Shown here: positions 38,280 through 40,801 of the stretch, piece after piece
Position numbering within the stretch: the stretch's first letter is position 1
Layout of the letters: each line of letters starts with the position of its first letter
NCBI GenBank assembly: GCA_963769935.1
Contig: CAVYNY010000031.1
Span: 1 to 40,801, forward strand
Length of the DNA: 40,801 nucleotides
Direction: 5' to 3'
Source of the DNA: an uncultured delta proteobacterium
GTDB taxonomy: Bacteria > Desulfobacterota > Desulfobacteria > Desulfobacterales > JAFDCJ01
The notes under the pieces: generated by a model
Databases searched by the model: none
What the model saw: the letters and a program-made list of their open reading frames with translations, nothing else
Told to the model about the DNA's origin: nothing
Program-made: the position numbers and the translations under genes

Positions 38280-39223
38280 ATGGGCTGCTTGATATCGCAT
38301 TTATTTCCGGGCTTATCGGGGCCACGATGAGAATGGCCACGCCGATCATATTTGCGACCCTGGGGGAGATCCTGGCCGAGCGCTCGGGCGTTCTGAATCT
38401 GGGCATCGAGGGCATCATGCTGATGGGCGCCATGACCGGGTTTCTGGTCACCTTCAGTTCGGGCTCGGTCTGGGCCGGCGTGCTGGCCGCCGCTCTGGTG
38501 GGGATGCTGCTGGGAATGCTGATGGCTTTGCTGGCCGTCAATCTGGGGCTGAGCCAGCATGTATCGGGGCTGGGTATCACGCTGTTTGCGACCGGACTGG
38601 CCATGTTTATTTACCGGCTGCATTTCGGTTCTCCCACGGTGCCGCCGACGATCCACCCATTTAAGCAGATCGCCTTGCCGCTGCTTTCGAAAATACCGCT
38701 GCTGGGTCCGGGGCTATTCACCCAATATTCGCTGACCTATATCGCCTGGCTCCTGATTCCCGTCATGTCGGTATTGCTTTATAAAACCCACCTGGGCCTG
38801 AAGATCCGCACGGTGGGCGAAAATCCCGTGGTGGCCGACACCGTCGGGGTCAGCGTCACCCTGACCCGCACCCTGTGCCTGGTTTTCGGCGGTGCCCTGA
38901 TGGGGATCGGCGGGGCGTTTCTGACCCTGGCCCATCAGAATATGTTTTTGATCGATGTGATCGGCGGGCGCGGATGGGTTGCAATTGCCATGGTTATTTT
39001 CGGCAACTGGGACCCCCTCAAAGGGGCGGTCGGTGCGCTTATCTTCGGGTTTTTGGATGGACTTCAATTAAGACTGCAAGGTTTGGGCATCGCCGTTTCC
39101 TTTCATCTATTTTTGATGATTCCCTATCTTTTAACGATTGTGGCCCTGATCAGCGTCTCCCGCAAGGCCGCCGTGCCGGCCGGACTGCTGAAGCCCTACC
39201 GGAGGGAAGAGAAAGGGGGGTAG
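38276..39223 (+). CDS. nucleoside ABC transporter permease 2
   Basis: ERSGVLNLGIEGIMLMGA, VGENP..AD..GV, GRGWVAIAMVIFGNW. Confidence 0.93.
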   Translation: MNGLLDIAFISGLIGATMRMATPIIFATLGEILAERSGVLNLGIEGIMLMGAMTGFLVTFSSGSVWAGVLAAALVGMLLGMLMALLAVNLGLSQHVSGLGITLFATGLAMFIYRLHFGSPTVPPTIHPFKQIALPLLSKIPLLGPGLFTQYSLTYIAWLLIPVMSVLLYKTHLGLKIRTVGENPVVADTVGVSVTLTRTLCLVFGGALMGIGGAFLTLAHQNMFLIDVIGGRGWVAIAMVIFGNWDPLKGAVGALIFGFLDGLQLRLQGLGIAVSFHLFLMIPYLLTIVALISVSRKAAVPAGLLKPYRREEKGG

Positions 39224-39235
39224 GGGGGCGTTTAA

Positions 39236-39620
39236 TTGAAGATTGAAGATTGAATATTTGAGGTATTCTATCGATTTTATTTCTGATAATATGGAAGCAT
39301 AGTCGGTGAGTTTATTGCCTTATCGTCCGTCATTCCTGCGAGGCAGGAATCCAGAGATTTCAGCACCGATCTGGCTGATTGCCCGCCTTCATCTATGAGG
39401 AAAAAATAACATCAATCCTTAGGGCTCACTCAAAAATAACTTCACATTTTATACGCCGATGCATCTCATGCGGCTGCGTTGCGAAAGCTCGGAATATCCA
39501 GATATTCCTGCGTTTTCGCGCCTTGCCGCAAGAGCGCCTCAACGCTTAAAACTGTGAATTAATTTTTTCGTGAACCCTTAAGACAGACAGTATTCACAAA
39601 TATTCAATCTTCAATATTCA
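39236..39620. repeat. composite element bounded by inverted TTGAAGA heptamer repeats
   Basis: ttgaagattgaagattgaatatttg / caaatattcaatcttcaatattca; encloses a CGTC REP-like hairpin (39328-39354) and MITE copy 3. Confidence 0.75.
39422..39577. mobile_element. MITE-like element family A, copy 3 (156 bp, TTA target duplication)
   Basis: tta-gggctcac...gtgaaccc-tta. Confidence 0.88.
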
Positions 39621-39696
39621 TTTACCTAGATCAGGAAGCAATAGTCAAAAGTGCTCAATCTAATTAAAACCATAGAAATGAATTCAGAGGCACCAA

Positions 39697-40674
39697 ATGT
39701 TTGATCTCATCATACGCAACGCCAATCTGCCGGATGGGCGCACCGGCTTTGACATCGCCGTTGCCGACGGCAAGATTGCCGATGTCGTCCCGCGGCTGGA
39801 TGCCACGGCGCAGCGGGAAATCGATGCCGCCGGCCGGCTGGTGACCCCGCCGTTTGTAGACAGCCACTTTCACCTGGATTCGACCCTGACCTACGGCCGG
39901 CCGCGTGTAAATGCGAGCGGCACCCTGCTGGAGGGCATCGAACTCTGGGGCGAGCTGAAACCCGAACTGACGGTTGAAAATTTCAAAGCCCGGGCGCTCC
40001 AGCTGTGCTACTGGTCCCTGGCGCGCGGCACCCTGGCCATCCGCAGCCACGTGGATGTCAGTGATGATCGCCTGCTCGCCGTTCAGGCGCTTTTGGAGGT
40101 CCGCGAAGAGATCAAACCCTATATCGATCTGCAGCTGGTGGCGTTTCCGCAGGACGGTTATTTGCGCTGCCCCGGCAGCGTCGCCAATCTGGAGCGGGCT
40201 CTGGACATGGGGGTCGATGTGGTGGGCGGAATTCCCCACTTTGAGCGAACCATGGCGGACGGGGCCGGCTCGGTCAAAGCCCTGTGCGAATTGGCGGCCG
40301 AGCGCGGCCTGCGGGTGGATATGCACTGTGACGAAAGCGATGATCCGTTGTCGCGCCACATTGAAATGCTGACCTTTCAAACCCAGCGTCTGGGCCTTGG
40401 CGGCCGGGTCACCGGTTCGCACCTCACCTCCATGCATTCCATGGATAATTACTATGTGAGCAAACTCATCCCGCTGATGGCCGAAGCCCAATTGCACGTG
40501 GTAGCCAATCCGCTGATCAATATCACGCTGCAGGGCCGCCACGACACGTACCCCAAGCGGCGGGGCATGACCCGGGTCAAAGAGCTGATGGCGGCCGGGA
40601 TCAATGTGGCCTTCGGCCATGTTTTGTTGTCGCCTTTCGTTCAGTTGCGTCTGCGCTCTTGCCTTGCAAGTTAA
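39697..40674 (+). pseudogene. cytosine deaminase-like amidohydrolase, C-terminally truncated at ~40620
   Basis: PPFVDSHFHLD, VAFPQDG, GGIPHFE, MHCDESDDP, GSHLTSM; sequence leaves the family right after GINVAFGH, where the metal-ligand Asp (FGHD...DPWY) is expected. Confidence 0.8.
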
Positions 40675-40801
40675 ATGCAAGGATGTTTCCGGCGGGAATA
40701 TAAAAGCCATACTGAAGAAGACGATTTATCCGCTCTTTGTCATCTCGTTCAAGGAGTCCTGGAACAAAAACGTCTTGAAGGGGTTAAGGTTAATAACTAC
40801 T

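Noticed and set aside
40620..40680. Group II intron 5' end at the deaminase break
   Set aside because: Junction reads GTTTTG, not GTGCG.
21714..40710. Long antisense or overlapping ORFs (e.g. 21714-22418, 34324-35217, 37032-38096, 39664-40710)
   Set aside because: Shadow frames of GC-rich genes with no recognisable motifs.

Overview
Bacterial chromosomal segment, probably from a Desulfobacterales-like deltaproteobacterium (inferred from a PEP-CTERM gene, sigma54 promoters, a Desulfovibrio-type bacterioferritin and the repeat families). Bases 1-6.7 kb are an AT-richer accessory patchwork. It holds two intact toxin-antitoxin pairs (BrnT/BrnA, Phd-like/PIN), orphan or truncated TA parts (HepT/DUF86, MNT plus a HEPN tail, DUF2442), a RAYT-like tyrosine-transposase remnant, and broken envelope genes (VanZ-like, sugar epimerase, TIGR03790). 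Strand-biased heptamer tracts and GGGGWC motifs sit at several of the breakpoints. Next come a frameshifted PEP-CTERM gene, a PEGA protein and a sigma54 two-component module with Gly/His/Tyr-rich and glycine-zipper envelope proteins. The rest is two ABC-2 exporters, cytochrome c, DUF1003, M48 peptidase, MscS, MBL hydrolase, an S8 protease with two P-domains, bacterioferritin, and a BMP-type nucleoside ABC operon ending in a C-terminally truncated cytosine-deaminase-like gene. The most striking non-coding signal is a set of nested palindromic elements, above all a 156-160 bp MITE-like element. It has three full copies and one half copy, 3-bp TAA/TTA target duplications, and compensatory changes in its internal stem. 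No rRNA, tRNA, CRISPR array or intact transposase was found. Family assignments come from motif recognition by eye, not database searches.
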